Shown piece by piece: positions 19,639 to 28,506 of a stretch of DNA of 62,371 bases. Each line of letters opens with the position of its first letter. Position 1 is the first letter of the stretch. Location: NCBI GenBank assembly GCA_020343435.1, contig CP070794.1, positions 519,341 to 581,711 on the forward strand, given 5' to 3'. The position numbers and the translations under genes were made by a program. The notes under the pieces are model-generated. The model did no database searches, had not been told where the DNA came from, and saw nothing but the letters and a program-made list of their open reading frames with translations. Source of the DNA: an archaeon (GTDB lineage Archaea; Nanobdellota; Nanobdellia; Pacearchaeales; UBA284).

Positions 19639-20870
19639 AAACTTAATGAATCCATTAAGATAAGATTAATCCTGTCCACAAGGTTTTCAGGTAAATCTAA
19701 TCTTATCTCCCGGGTCCGTCCATATCGACCCTTACTTATGACCTTTGCGTTGATTAATCCTTGCATATCAAACTCTGCAATTATATCACTAATACGTCGC
19801 TGAGTAAGGATTTCTGTCCGTGTTTTCTTACAAAGATCACGGTATAAATTATAAACATCTCCTGTAAAGATTTTTTCTTCTTTCTTTTCTCTCTTAATTC
19901 TTCTTAGTAACTGAATTACAGAAAGGAATGCTAATTGAAATTGTTTAGGTTGAGTTTCAACAGCAATTAATAATTTATCAGATTCTATCTTATCTTTAGC
20001 TCTATCAACATAATCTAAGCTTATTTTTTCTTTACTATCTCTTTCAACTAGTTCTCCTGCAATTCTTAATAAATCTAGGGCTCTTCTTGCATCCCCATGT
20101 TCTCTAGCTGCTAATGCTGAACATTTTTCTATAACCCCTCCATCTACTACTTTTTCTTTAAATGCTTCTTTAGCTCTTTTCTTTAGAATATCCTGTAATT
20201 GTAATGCATTATATGGGGCAAATAATATTTCTTCTTCTGATAAAGAGGATTTAACTCTTGGATCTAGAGTATCTAAGAATTTTAAATCATTTGAAATTCC
20301 CACAACAGTGATCTGTGCTTTAGTTAACTCTGTGTTTAGTCTTGTGAAGTTGTATAAGAATTCATCCCCAATCCTTTTTACTGCTTGGTCTATTTCATCT
20401 AAGATAACTATTAAGATTTGCTTTTGAACATCTACTATATCTATGAATTTTTTATATAACTGGTCTGTTGGTAAACCAGTGGCTGGGACTTTTCCTCCTA
20501 ATTTGTGGATTAATTCAGCAAGTATTCGGTATTCTGTATCAGCTACTTTTCTTAATTTACAATTAACATAAGGCATTAACAAAGAAACCCCTAATTTATC
20601 TGCTTTTTTCAATAACTGATTTCTAACATACTGGGTTACTAGGGTTTTTCCTGTTCCAGTTAATCCATATAAGAATAGGTTTGAGGGTCTTTCTAACCTT
20701 AAACTAGGTGCTATTATTGATGCTACCTGTGCAATCTGCCTTTTTCTATGAGGGATATCCTCAGGATTATAATTAGATTGAAGAGTTATCTTATTTTGAA
20801 AGATGCTTTGTTTTACAAAAGAATCAAAAATTTCATCAACCTCCTTGATATCCTCTTTTTTCTTCACCAT
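19635..20870 (-). CDS. orc1: Orc1/Cdc6 replication initiator
   Basis: AAA+ Walker A GLTGTGKT, Walker B VILDEID and a C-terminal winged helix. Adjacent to the predicted origin. Confidence 0.95.
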   Translation of the reverse strand: MVKKKEDIKEVDEIFDSFVKQSIFQNKITLQSNYNPEDIPHRKRQIAQVASIIAPSLRLERPSNLFLYGLTGTGKTLVTQYVRNQLLKKADKLGVSLLMPYVNCKLRKVADTEYRILAELIHKLGGKVPATGLPTDQLYKKFIDIVDVQKQILIVILDEIDQAVKRIGDEFLYNFTRLNTELTKAQITVVGISNDLKFLDTLDPRVKSSLSEEEILFAPYNALQLQDILKKRAKEAFKEKVVDGGVIEKCSALAAREHGDARRALDLLRIAGELVERDSKEKISLDYVDRAKDKIESDKLLIAVETQPKQFQLAFLSVIQLLRRIKREKKEEKIFTGDVYNLYRDLCKKTRTEILTQRRISDIIAEFDMQGLINAKVISKGRYGRTREIRLDLPENLVDRINLILMDSLSL

Positions 20871-20918
20871 GATTTTTAAATAGATCTTATCTTTAAAAAT
20901 ATTTATGTTCTAAAGAAA

Positions 20919-20948
20919 CCACACTCAGACCTTCATTTCCTGTGGAAG
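20919..20948 (-). repeat. ORB-like origin recognition box (copy 1)
   Basis: The minus strand reads CTTCCACAGGAAATGAAGGTCTGAGTGTGG, resembling archaeal ORB elements (TTCCA-N-TGGAAA core plus a G-rich tail). Confidence 0.6.
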
Positions 20949-21000
20949 TAAACACCGTCGATTTGTGCTTCTTCATGAAATACTCTATTAACCTTAATTT

Positions 21001-21070
21001 CTTATAGAACCTATATAATAATATAATATATATAATATAATATATAAATATTTATAAATAAAAATAAAAA
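21001..21070. repeat. AT-rich duplex-unwinding element with (TATAA/ATATA)n microrepeats
   Basis: ctatataataatataatatatataatataatatataaatatttataaataaaaataaaaa lies between the two ORB-like boxes. Confidence 0.6.
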
Positions 21071-21098
21071 GACCGAGGAGAAGAATTCTTTATAAATG

Positions 21099-21126
21099 TT
21101 TCTACAGGAAACAAGGGGGTGAGACT
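21099..21126 (+). repeat. ORB-like origin recognition box (copy 2, inverted relative to copy 1)
   Basis: TTTCTACAGGAAACAAGGGGGTGAGACT shares the TTC-N-ACAGGAAA core and the G-string with copy 1. Confidence 0.6.
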
Positions 21127-21170
21127 AATTTTCATTAATTTTATAAATATATAATGAAACACTCTTAATT

Positions 21171-21701
21171 ATGTTTGGACTTCCAAAAGTTTTTCCACAA
21201 AGTAAAGAATTAAAACAAATTATAGAAAGCCACGGCTGGACAACATATAGAATTCCTCATGGAGAAAGACCAATCTGGTACCAAATTGAAAGAGAAAACC
21301 CAGCAGAAACATTTGAGGTCGGGGACCATTCTTATTTTTTTGTTCCAATTCCTAACCAAAGGCAAACATGGAGAGATGCTTATGGTATTACTAAAAGTCT
21401 TGGACCATCTTTAGAGGTAGATCCAACTTATGAGGGATTATTAGCAGTTTATCATGGGTCTCCAAAAGCAGGGAGAGCTAATGAAGTATTATTCACAAGA
21501 ATGATTTTACACGAAGGAAACCAAACAGCTCTTTTTAGCCCCAAAATTCCCCAGTATCCAGATCCAAGTAAAGCTTTACTAAGAACAGATTTATTATTGC
21601 CAATATTTGAAGATCATTTTAGGATCATTACAATGGAAGATCTAAAAAGAGAACCAAAAATAGCGGTCGTTATTGTAGATGATAGACACGAAACTAACTG
21701 A
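21171..21701 (+). CDS. hypothetical protein (176 aa), atypical composition
   Basis: Clean ORF. TTTATAAAT sits about 25 nt upstream, suggesting a leaderless mRNA. P/G/R/E/H-rich and unlike its neighbours. No family recognised. Confidence 0.65.
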   Translation: MFGLPKVFPQSKELKQIIESHGWTTYRIPHGERPIWYQIERENPAETFEVGDHSYFFVPIPNQRQTWRDAYGITKSLGPSLEVDPTYEGLLAVYHGSPKAGRANEVLFTRMILHEGNQTALFSPKIPQYPDPSKALLRTDLLLPIFEDHFRIITMEDLKREPKIAVVIVDDRHETN

Positions 21702-21821
21702 AACTAATTAACTCAACTATAATAATCCTTTTAAACCAAAAGGAAAATCCAATACCCTCACTAAATTACAGAAAAACTTAAATACAGAAAAATTTATAAA
21801 GAAAACAGATTAACTATTAAA

Positions 21822-22079
21822 ATGAATGAAAAAAAATTAGCCCGAGACATTCTAAATAAACTTGTAGTAACAAAAGAAGGTAAAAGATTAGGTCTTGTAA
21901 AAGATGTAACTTTTGAAACAAGAAGTGGAGAATTAATTCACATCGTAGCTTCCTCACCAACACAACATGCTCAATCTTTAAACATAGAGAGAGGCAAAGG
22001 GGGAGAACTTTTAATTCCATTCTCATCTATTCTAGCAATAGGTGACTTCGTTGTTGTAAGCGAAGAAGAAATGCGTTAA
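21822..22079 (+). CDS. PRC-barrel domain protein
   Basis: 85 aa with the PRC-barrel pattern (LVVTKEGKRLGLVKDVTFE...LIPFSSILAIGDFVVV). Confidence 0.75.
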   Translation: MNEKKLARDILNKLVVTKEGKRLGLVKDVTFETRSGELIHIVASSPTQHAQSLNIERGKGGELLIPFSSILAIGDFVVVSEEEMR

Positions 22080-22090
22080 ACTTTTTAAAA

Positions 22091-22507
22091 ATGCCAATAG
22101 CAGGTTTTGGATTCAATAAAATATTTGCAGAAAAGCACGAAGCTGTTGCAGGTCAAGTAAAAGTAGATCTAAAAATAGATTTCAAAGATATAAAAAAAGA
22201 AGAGATTAAAATACAGGAACAAGAGGCTGTAAGAATTTCTTTTAATTTCTCAATAACTTATACTCCTAAAATAGCAGAAATAGCTATAGAAGGAGAACTT
22301 TTATTTTTAGAAGATCCAAAAGTAATCAAAACAATTGTTGATAAATGGAAAGATAAAAAGTTAGACGAATCAGTTCAACAAGGAATATTTAATTTTATTC
22401 TTAGTAAATGTACTATAAAGGCTCTTACAATAGAAGAAGAACTTGGAATCCCCTTACATATGCCTTTTCCAAGAGTAAAAGAAGTTAAAGAAAAAGAGAA
22501 GAAGTAA
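22091..22507 (+). CDS. hypothetical protein (138 aa)
   Basis: Clean ORF, tightly spaced between PRC-barrel and methyltransferase genes. No family recognised. Confidence 0.6.
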   Translation: MPIAGFGFNKIFAEKHEAVAGQVKVDLKIDFKDIKKEEIKIQEQEAVRISFNFSITYTPKIAEIAIEGELLFLEDPKVIKTIVDKWKDKKLDESVQQGIFNFILSKCTIKALTIEEELGIPLHMPFPRVKEVKEKEKK

Positions 22508-22509
22508 AG

Positions 22510-23163
22510 ATGCGTCCTAATGAAGAAAAACTATGGACTGGAATTATTCTTGGAGAGGACTTGGATAAGCATATGGATAATGTTGGTCAAGCAGAGATCA
22601 ACGCAAAATTCGTAAAAGACCTTCTTAAAGAATTTCCACTAGAAACTAACTTATTAGTAGAAGGCTGTGGAACTGGTCAAATGTTTGATTACATTTCTCC
22701 TTCAGAACTAGGAAAAAATTTAAACTTCATTTTTGCAGATATTACTTCTTCTTTTTTGGGAAAAGTTAAAGAAAGATTGAACAAATTTCCAGGAACAAAC
22801 TACAAAATAGAAGTAGATGATATTGAGAACACCAAAATAAAAGAAGAGATTGAAGGGATTTTAATTGTTTTGGTATTGCAACATGTTGAATGGCAGAAGG
22901 CACTGGAGTCCATGTCAACATTAGAACCTAAAAGATTTTATATTATAACTCAAGAACAACCAAAAGAGCTTCCAATTGTAACAGATGTTGTAAAACTTCC
23001 AGGAACCATAAACAGATATGCTGAGATGGGACAACAGATTTTAGTTAAAAGAGAAGAGTTAATTGAAGAAATGAAGAATTTAGGATACAGACTTCTTAAA
23101 GATGATAAAAGAACTTGCCCAGGCAGTAAAATAATGGCTGGATTTGTTTTTGAAAAGAAATAA
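22510..23163 (+). CDS. class I SAM-dependent methyltransferase
   Basis: Motif I LVEGCGTGQ and downstream Rossmann-fold motifs. Confidence 0.7.
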   Translation: MRPNEEKLWTGIILGEDLDKHMDNVGQAEINAKFVKDLLKEFPLETNLLVEGCGTGQMFDYISPSELGKNLNFIFADITSSFLGKVKERLNKFPGTNYKIEVDDIENTKIKEEIEGILIVLVLQHVEWQKALESMSTLEPKRFYIITQEQPKELPIVTDVVKLPGTINRYAEMGQQILVKREELIEEMKNLGYRLLKDDKRTCPGSKIMAGFVFEKK

Positions 23164-23170
23164 TTCTAAA

Positions 23171-23252
23171 CGCTAGGAGGAGGATTCGAACCTCCATGTC
23201 CAAAAGGACAGCGGTTTTCGAGACCGCCGCATTACCATTCTGCCATCCTAGC
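23171..23252 (-). tRNA. tRNA-Ser (anticodon CGA)
   Basis: Minus strand: acceptor GCTAGGA/TCCTAGC, anticodon stem GCGGT/ACCGC with loop CTCGAAA, a long variable arm (TGTCCTTTTGGACAT) and T-arm GGAGG-TTCGAAT-CCTCC. Confidence 0.85.
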
Positions 23253-23270
23253 TCAATCTAAGAAACATAA

Positions 23271-23789
23271 TCAGACTTTATATTTATTATTCTTAATCTG
23301 TATTGTTGCATAAACATAGAGCTCTTCAAAAAATAGTTTCTTCTTTGCAATAACTTTTGCCTTATATCCTTTAAACAAATCCTTCTTAGAAGTAAGAGAG
23401 CTTAATACTAAGAGTATCTTTCCATTAGCTTTCAGATGCTTTCTAGCGTCTCTCAGAAACTTTTCAACAACTTCAGAACCTTTTTTACCTCCTTCTAGGT
23501 CTTTATACTTAACAGAACCTTTACAAGGTAAATAAGGAGGATTAAAGAAGATAACATCAAACTTTTCATTAATATTAGAGAATAAATCAGATTGAATAGC
23601 TCTTATCCCTAATTTTTTTACATATTCAACACATTCAGGATCAATATCTACAGCAAGAACATCTTTAGAATATTTAGAAGCTTCTTTAGCAATAATACCA
23701 GAACCTGTTCCCATATCTAACACAGATCCTTTAGCATACTTCTTAACAACAGATCTTAGTAACTCTGAATCTTCTTTTGGTTTATACAT
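23271..23789 (-). CDS. NPPY-motif methyltransferase (HemK/Mtq2-like N5-glutamine MTase)
   Basis: VLDMGTGSGIIA (motif I) and IFFNPPYLP (motif IV). Confidence 0.75.
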   Translation of the reverse strand: MYKPKEDSELLRSVVKKYAKGSVLDMGTGSGIIAKEASKYSKDVLAVDIDPECVEYVKKLGIRAIQSDLFSNINEKFDVIFFNPPYLPCKGSVKYKDLEGGKKGSEVVEKFLRDARKHLKANGKILLVLSSLTSKKDLFKGYKAKVIAKKKLFFEELYVYATIQIKNNKYKV

Positions 23790-23864
23790 TTTACAAACAA
23801 GTTATTCGGTTTATACCTATTATTATACAATAAAGCTTTTAAATTTTCAACATATTAAATAATA

Positions 23865-24155
23865 ATGCCACGCATCAGTAAGGAAAAAGAGAAGAAGATA
23901 AAGGAGGCTATTTTGCATCTTTTATTTGAGAATTCACCGAAGCTATTATTCACAGTTCAGGTAGCTAGAGAACTTGCTAGAGACGAAGAGTACACTAAAA
24001 AATTATTATTAGATCTAGAGAACCAAGAATTAGCTATCTCTGTTAAAAAGAACAGCCAAGGAGATGATTATAGTAGAAGAATAAGATGGAGGCTTTCAAA
24101 CAAAGCATACAGCACTTATCAAGATTTATTTGAGAAAAAGAACAAATTTTTATAA
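23865..24155 (+). CDS. small putative winged-helix DNA-binding protein
   Basis: 96 aa with an HTH-like core (FTVQVARELARDEEYTKKLLLDLE). Only 2 nt upstream of the next gene. Confidence 0.5.
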   Translation: MPRISKEKEKKIKEAILHLLFENSPKLLFTVQVARELARDEEYTKKLLLDLENQELAISVKKNSQGDDYSRRIRWRLSNKAYSTYQDLFEKKNKFL

Positions 24156-24157
24156 AA

Positions 24158-24772
24158 ATGGATGAAAGGTTAAGGGAAGCATTTACTAAAATAAAAGAAG
24201 AAATGCTTAGTTTACACCAGGAAATTTCAGAGTTAAAACAACAAATTTCTCATATTTATTCGGTTTTAGAAGAAAACCAGGACTTCGACACATCTCCTGA
24301 CTTCGACAGACACTTCGACACATCTTCGACAGATAATCATACAAATTTAAGGGATTTAGCCCTTAATTTCCAAAGTTCCATAGGAAATGAAGGGGTTTCG
24401 ACAGACAGACAGACAGACAACAGACACTTCGACACATCTTCGACACAGTTAAAGCGAACTTCTAACATGGTTTTAGATCTTAAAGAATTCCAACGAAAAT
24501 TCAGAAATTTAACACAACAAGAGTTCTTAATTTTTTCTGCATTATATATGTTAAGTGAAAAAAAGAAAAACATAACTTACAAAGATTTAGCAGAAAAAAC
24601 TAGACTTACTGAAAGTTCTGTAAGAGATTATGTGGGTAGGATTATTAGTAAAGGAATCAGTATAATCAAAACTAAAGCTAATAATAAGCAGATTATACTT
24701 AGTATACCGTCGGAATTCAGAGAAGTAGCTACATTAGATGTTTTAGCTAGAATTAGGGCTGAAGAATACTAG
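24158..24772 (+). CDS. coiled-coil / low-complexity-repeat / C-terminal HTH protein
   Basis: N-terminal coiled coil, an internal repeat (RHFDTSST twice, encoded by a 25/26-nt direct repeat at 24307 and 24421) and a C-terminal HTH (ITYKDLAEKTRLTESSVRDYVGRI). Confidence 0.6.
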   Translation: MDERLREAFTKIKEEMLSLHQEISELKQQISHIYSVLEENQDFDTSPDFDRHFDTSSTDNHTNLRDLALNFQSSIGNEGVSTDRQTDNRHFDTSSTQLKRTSNMVLDLKEFQRKFRNLTQQEFLIFSALYMLSEKKKNITYKDLAEKTRLTESSVRDYVGRIISKGISIIKTKANNKQIILSIPSEFREVATLDVLARIRAEEY

Positions 24773-24988
24773 TTCTACGTTTAACCGAATACTTTTCTAT
24801 TATACACTATATTTAGGATATATTGTGTTTTTATAATATTTTTTTCCATATATTGTGTCTTTTTTATCCTTATCTTTTACCTCTTTTTAATCTAACACTC
24901 ACTTTTACTTATTTAAACATCCTTTTCTTATGTTTTAAGGTAAAAAACACCCCTATTTAACCCTCACTTTTCATATTTCTAAACTAAC

Positions 24989-25615
24989 TTAAACGAACTT
25001 TTTACCTCTCTTTACCTTCTTCTTAAAACTCTTGAGTAAGTTCTCTCTTACTTCATCACTAATAGAGTATCTTTTCTTATTTCCATCAATAGCTTCACTT
25101 ATCAATTCTTTACCTTTTTGTTTTATTGAATTGATCTGACCACGCACTGTATTTTTTTGTTTTCCAAGTAGTGCTGCAACATTTTCACAACTTAATTTCA
25201 TATCACTATTCAACAAAATCCACACAATTAATCGCTCTGATGGACTTAGGCTACTCAGAATTTCATTGAAAAATGGTGTTTTTTGAAGTGTTTGAACAGG
25301 TGTTTGAACACTTTGAACACCTGTCTGTTTATGTTTAAACAGGTGTTTATGTTTAAACACTTCCTGTTTAGGGGGGTGTTTAAGCATTAATGCAGGGTTC
25401 TTTATCCCGTCGATATCTTCCTTAATCTGCAAAATTTCTTCCATTAGGTGTTCAAACTTTTCTTCGAAGTGTTTATCTTTTGTATGTAAGTGTTTAATCC
25501 AGCCCGAAATATGCGAAATATCGCCTTTTACAGCATCAAAAGAATCTCTGATTTCCTTAAATTTATCTCCCCTTTTTCCGAAAAACAAAAAACCCATGTA
25601 AGTTTTAATAAACAT
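24989..25615 (-). CDS. coiled-coil / low-complexity-repeat / C-terminal HTH protein (architectural paralog of 24158..24772)
   Basis: Same three-part layout: coiled coil, repeats (FKHKHLFKHKQTGVQSVQTPVQTLQ) and an HTH (LSCENVAALLGKQKNTVRGQINSI). Confidence 0.6.
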   Translation of the reverse strand: MFIKTYMGFLFFGKRGDKFKEIRDSFDAVKGDISHISGWIKHLHTKDKHFEEKFEHLMEEILQIKEDIDGIKNPALMLKHPPKQEVFKHKHLFKHKQTGVQSVQTPVQTLQKTPFFNEILSSLSPSERLIVWILLNSDMKLSCENVAALLGKQKNTVRGQINSIKQKGKELISEAIDGNKKRYSISDEVRENLLKSFKKKVKRGKKFV

Positions 25616-25754
25616 TTCTTTTTAAACTTTTCTGAAAAATTAAAAAAAACTTTGTCAAAAGTTTTTTATTAATTTCAAAATGAAAATCAGAAAAAAATAA
25701 ATTAAAACTTTTAATAAAGGATAAATTTATATATATGATAAATCTTATTCCCTT

Positions 25755-26201
25755 ATGAAGAGGTGTCTACATTGTAACAAGGAATTAATTCTTCCTAAAA
25801 CAAATAATAATTACTTAAAATCCAATTTTAGGCTTAAAAAATTCTGTAATGATAGGTGTAGAATAGATTTTCATAATAAATTTAAGAAAGAGGAATATAT
25901 TACACAAGAAACAGAACATGAGATTAAATTAAAAGAATTAAACAAGATCTTAAGCGGCAACATAGTGTCTTTAACTCGTAAGAGAAATGCTTACAATCCA
26001 GACATCATCAAAAAAGAAATAGACTATGAATTAGAAATCTTCAGAAAAATGCATCATTTAAAGGAAAAAGCAAGAAAATGGGATTCAACAAGAAAACATA
26101 TTTTAATCATCACTCTATCCGACCAAACAAGGGATTTATTTGATGAAGTTTATTTTTTTGATCCCACAGTAGGTCTAATTAAGGAAAAAACGAACGCCTA
26201 A
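25755..26201 (+). CDS. zinc-finger protein (148 aa)
   Basis: N-terminal CLHC...CNDRC. The remainder is K/E-rich and helical. Confidence 0.5.
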   Translation: MKRCLHCNKELILPKTNNNYLKSNFRLKKFCNDRCRIDFHNKFKKEEYITQETEHEIKLKELNKILSGNIVSLTRKRNAYNPDIIKKEIDYELEIFRKMHHLKEKARKWDSTRKHILIITLSDQTRDLFDEVYFFDPTVGLIKEKTNA

Positions 26202-26377
26202 AACTTTTAGGCTAAATAGGAAAAGTTCCTGCATAGGGGTTAAAGTTCGCATTAATACACTAAAGAACCCTAAAACTTCGTCTAAGAAACATTAAAAGTA
26301 GTTCTAAAATCTATATGCGAACGTTATCATTTAAAAGTTGGGATAAAAGTTTTTATATGCGAACGGAATTTATTATT

Positions 26378-26815
26378 ATGGCAATTGTCAAATGTGCTAA
26401 ATGTGGAAAAGAAGAGGAACATCATGCAAAAGGATTATGTTACAGGTGTTATAGAAAGTATTCCTGGAAACCTAAAAAAATCATCTGTAAAAGATGTGGT
26501 AGAGAAAGGTATCACCATTCTCAAGGATATTGCACTCCTTGTTTTAATTTTCTTTATCATTTAGATGCCATCAAAGCACATAATTACAGAAAATGGCATA
26601 ATGTAGATCTTGAGACTTATAGAAAGATTACAGAAAAATGTGTTCTTTGCGGTTTTGATAAAGTAGTTGAATTACATCATTTAGATGGCAAACATGAAAA
26701 TAATTCTGAAAAGAATCTTATAGGGTTATGCCCTAATCACCATAAAATGCTTCACGATTTCAAATATAGAAATGATATTTTAAATCAATTAAAAGAAAAA
26801 GGATTTGGGGATTAG
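26378..26815 (+). CDS. HNH endonuclease with two N-terminal zinc ribbons
   Basis: CAKCGK..GLCYRCY and CKRCGR..GYCTPCF ribbons. HNH core ELHHLDG...N...LCPNHHKMLH. The track ORF starts at 26315; ATG 26378 is preferred. Confidence 0.8.
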   Translation: MAIVKCAKCGKEEEHHAKGLCYRCYRKYSWKPKKIICKRCGRERYHHSQGYCTPCFNFLYHLDAIKAHNYRKWHNVDLETYRKITEKCVLCGFDKVVELHHLDGKHENNSEKNLIGLCPNHHKMLHDFKYRNDILNQLKEKGFGD

Positions 26816-27296
26816 AGAAAAAATGAAAAAATTCTTTATAAAAGAGTTTATAAAAAATATTAAACAAGCAAAAAAAGAATTTGGAGACCCAAAAAAGAGA
26901 TGTAAAAAAGTAGGCATAGCTTCGTTTGGAACAATAGAGAGATATATCAAATTAATTCTTTACTTTAAATGGTATTACTTTCTGGTTATAGCCTTGTTAT
27001 TTGTAGGATGTATACATGTGGTCAACCTTCTTACTATAGATAAAGGGAGCTATTTTTTAGTAGCTCTGATTGGTTTGTTTTTTCAGGCTATAGCTTCATT
27101 CTTTTTTATAAAAAATAGTCTATTCAAAAATAAGTATCAAATGGCTTTAGAAAGCGCTACTTATACAGGAAACAATCCCGAAATAGTAAAAGCACATGTA
27201 GAAAACAACTTTAATCATACAATTGGTTGGATGTTCCTCATGATCGGGATTATCTTTCAATTTGTAGCTTTAATTTTAAGTATATCTATCCATTAA
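26805..27296 (+). CDS. membrane protein (3-4 TM)
   Basis: Hydrophobic ORF overlapping the HNH stop. An alternative start is at 26823. Confidence 0.5.
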   Translation: MGIREKMKKFFIKEFIKNIKQAKKEFGDPKKRCKKVGIASFGTIERYIKLILYFKWYYFLVIALLFVGCIHVVNLLTIDKGSYFLVALIGLFFQAIASFFFIKNSLFKNKYQMALESATYTGNNPEIVKAHVENNFNHTIGWMFLMIGIIFQFVALILSISIH

Positions 27297-27309
27297 ATCA
27301 TAATAACAA

Positions 27310-27894
27310 CTACTTCTTAAATAAAAAATCTTTAGATAAAAATTTCCTTTTAACCAATACTTTTACTAAGAACTTTTGAGCAGCCTTCAATTTAAGATCT
27401 ATCCCCTCAAAATAAGAATTTGTTAGAATAATCTCCTTTTCTTTTCCTTGACTATCTAGGTAATTTAGATAAGATTGGAATTTTATATCCCGACCATTTT
27501 TTTCTTGTTTGAAATAAATAACTCCATGCGCCCACCTATTTCTTTCATCTCTTAAAGAAGTCAGATGTTTCTTTAATTGTTTTAATTCTAGTTCCTTAAT
27601 ACCTTTCTTCTCTTTTATTATTTCACATAATAGTTCTATCCTCTGCCCAAGGCTAACTCCCCTATTGTTTAATATATTATTTCGAAAAACGTTCCTTAAA
27701 TTCGATTTTTTATGTAACATAAAATTTTCAATTAAGATATTTATTATTAACTCCATTTCAATAATATAATCTAAAAAGTTGCCTCTTATACACTTTAGGT
27801 CACGCGTTTGTTTTCTAACATCGATCAGTTCCTCTGGGTTAAGCATTTCTTTTGATTTATCTAAAAATTTGATATGATAGTGCCCATCAATCAT
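27310..27894 (-). CDS. HEPN-superfamily protein (predicted RNase/Abi-like)
   Basis: All-helical 194-aa protein with an Rx4H motif in a typical context (LRDERNRWAHG). Confidence 0.55.
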   Translation of the reverse strand: MIDGHYHIKFLDKSKEMLNPEELIDVRKQTRDLKCIRGNFLDYIIEMELIINILIENFMLHKKSNLRNVFRNNILNNRGVSLGQRIELLCEIIKEKKGIKELELKQLKKHLTSLRDERNRWAHGVIYFKQEKNGRDIKFQSYLNYLDSQGKEKEIILTNSYFEGIDLKLKAAQKFLVKVLVKRKFLSKDFLFKK

Positions 27895-27990
27895 TTTTCT
27901 TCTCCCTTAGCCATCCTTTTCACAATAATCCGAACTTTATAGAATTTTCTAAAGAAAAACATTTTAATATCTTAATAGGCTAAAGTAACT

Positions 27991-28506
27991 ATGGTACACA
28001 TAAATATAGAAATCAAAGCAAAGATAACTAATCCCGAGCAAATAAGAACTATTCTAAAAGTAAAAAATGCAGATTTTAAAGGAGAAGACCACCAAATTGA
28101 TACTTATTTTAAAGTTAGTAAAGGAAAATTAAAACTAAGAGAAGGAAAAATCGAAAATGATTTAATTTATTATCAAAGAGAAGAAGAAACTGGTCCAAAA
28201 CAGTCAAATGTTATATTCTTTAGTTTTGATCCTAAATCTTCTCTAAAAGATGTTTTAACTAAATCTTTAGGGGTTCTAGGGGTAGTAACTAAAAAAAGAG
28301 AGATTTATTTCATTGATAATATTAAATTCCATATAGATAAGATTAAAGAGTTAGGAACTTTTCTTGAAATCGAAGCAAGAGATGAGAAAGGTAATATTGG
28401 TAAGGAGAAATTAATTGAACAATGTAATTTTTTCAAGAATTTATTTAAGATTTCAGAAAAAGATTTAATCTCAGTTTCTTATCTAGATTTACTAAAACTT
28501 AACTGA
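27991..28506 (+). CDS. CYTH-domain protein (CyaB-like class IV adenylate cyclase / triphosphatase)
   Basis: N-terminal ExExK (NIEIKAK). Size and beta-barrel pattern match CYTH. Confidence 0.8.
   Translation: MVHINIEIKAKITNPEQIRTILKVKNADFKGEDHQIDTYFKVSKGKLKLREGKIENDLIYYQREEETGPKQSNVIFFSFDPKSSLKDVLTKSLGVLGVVTKKREIYFIDNIKFHIDKIKELGTFLEIEARDEKGNIGKEKLIEQCNFFKNLFKISEKDLISVSYLDLLKLN

Larger units (their letters stand above)
20871..21170. other. predicted chromosomal replication origin (oriC)
   Basis: 300-nt non-coding region next to orc1. It holds two inverted ORB-like boxes flanking a nearly pure A/T stretch. Confidence 0.7.

Noticed and set aside
21001-21070. The TATAA/ATATA microrepeat block, considered as a CRISPR-like or satellite repeat.
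   Set aside because: It has no spacer-repeat periodicity. It lies between inverted ORB-like boxes next to orc1, so it is better explained as the origin unwinding element. No CRISPR array was seen anywhere in the window.
23808-24810. A 9-nt inverted match (ATTCGGTTT / TAACCGAAT) plus a shared CTATTAT(TAT)ACA word, flanking the two-gene unit 23865..24772.
   Set aside because: The match is too short and has mixed orientation (part inverted, part direct), so chance occurrence in AT-rich DNA is plausible. There are no target-site duplications.
26315-26377. The upstream start (26315) for the HNH gene, which adds MRTLSFKSWDKSFYMRTEFII.
   Set aside because: That segment coincides with the duplicated TATATGCGAACG word and has poor composition. 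The conserved zinc-ribbon domain begins right after ATG 26378.
23171-27894. tRNA-Ser as the attachment site of an integrated element covering the HTH/HNH/HEPN genes.
   Set aside because: I found no direct repeat of the tRNA 3' end downstream. A housekeeping-type NPPY methyltransferase lies between the tRNA and the candidate cargo, and there is no integrase in this stretch.
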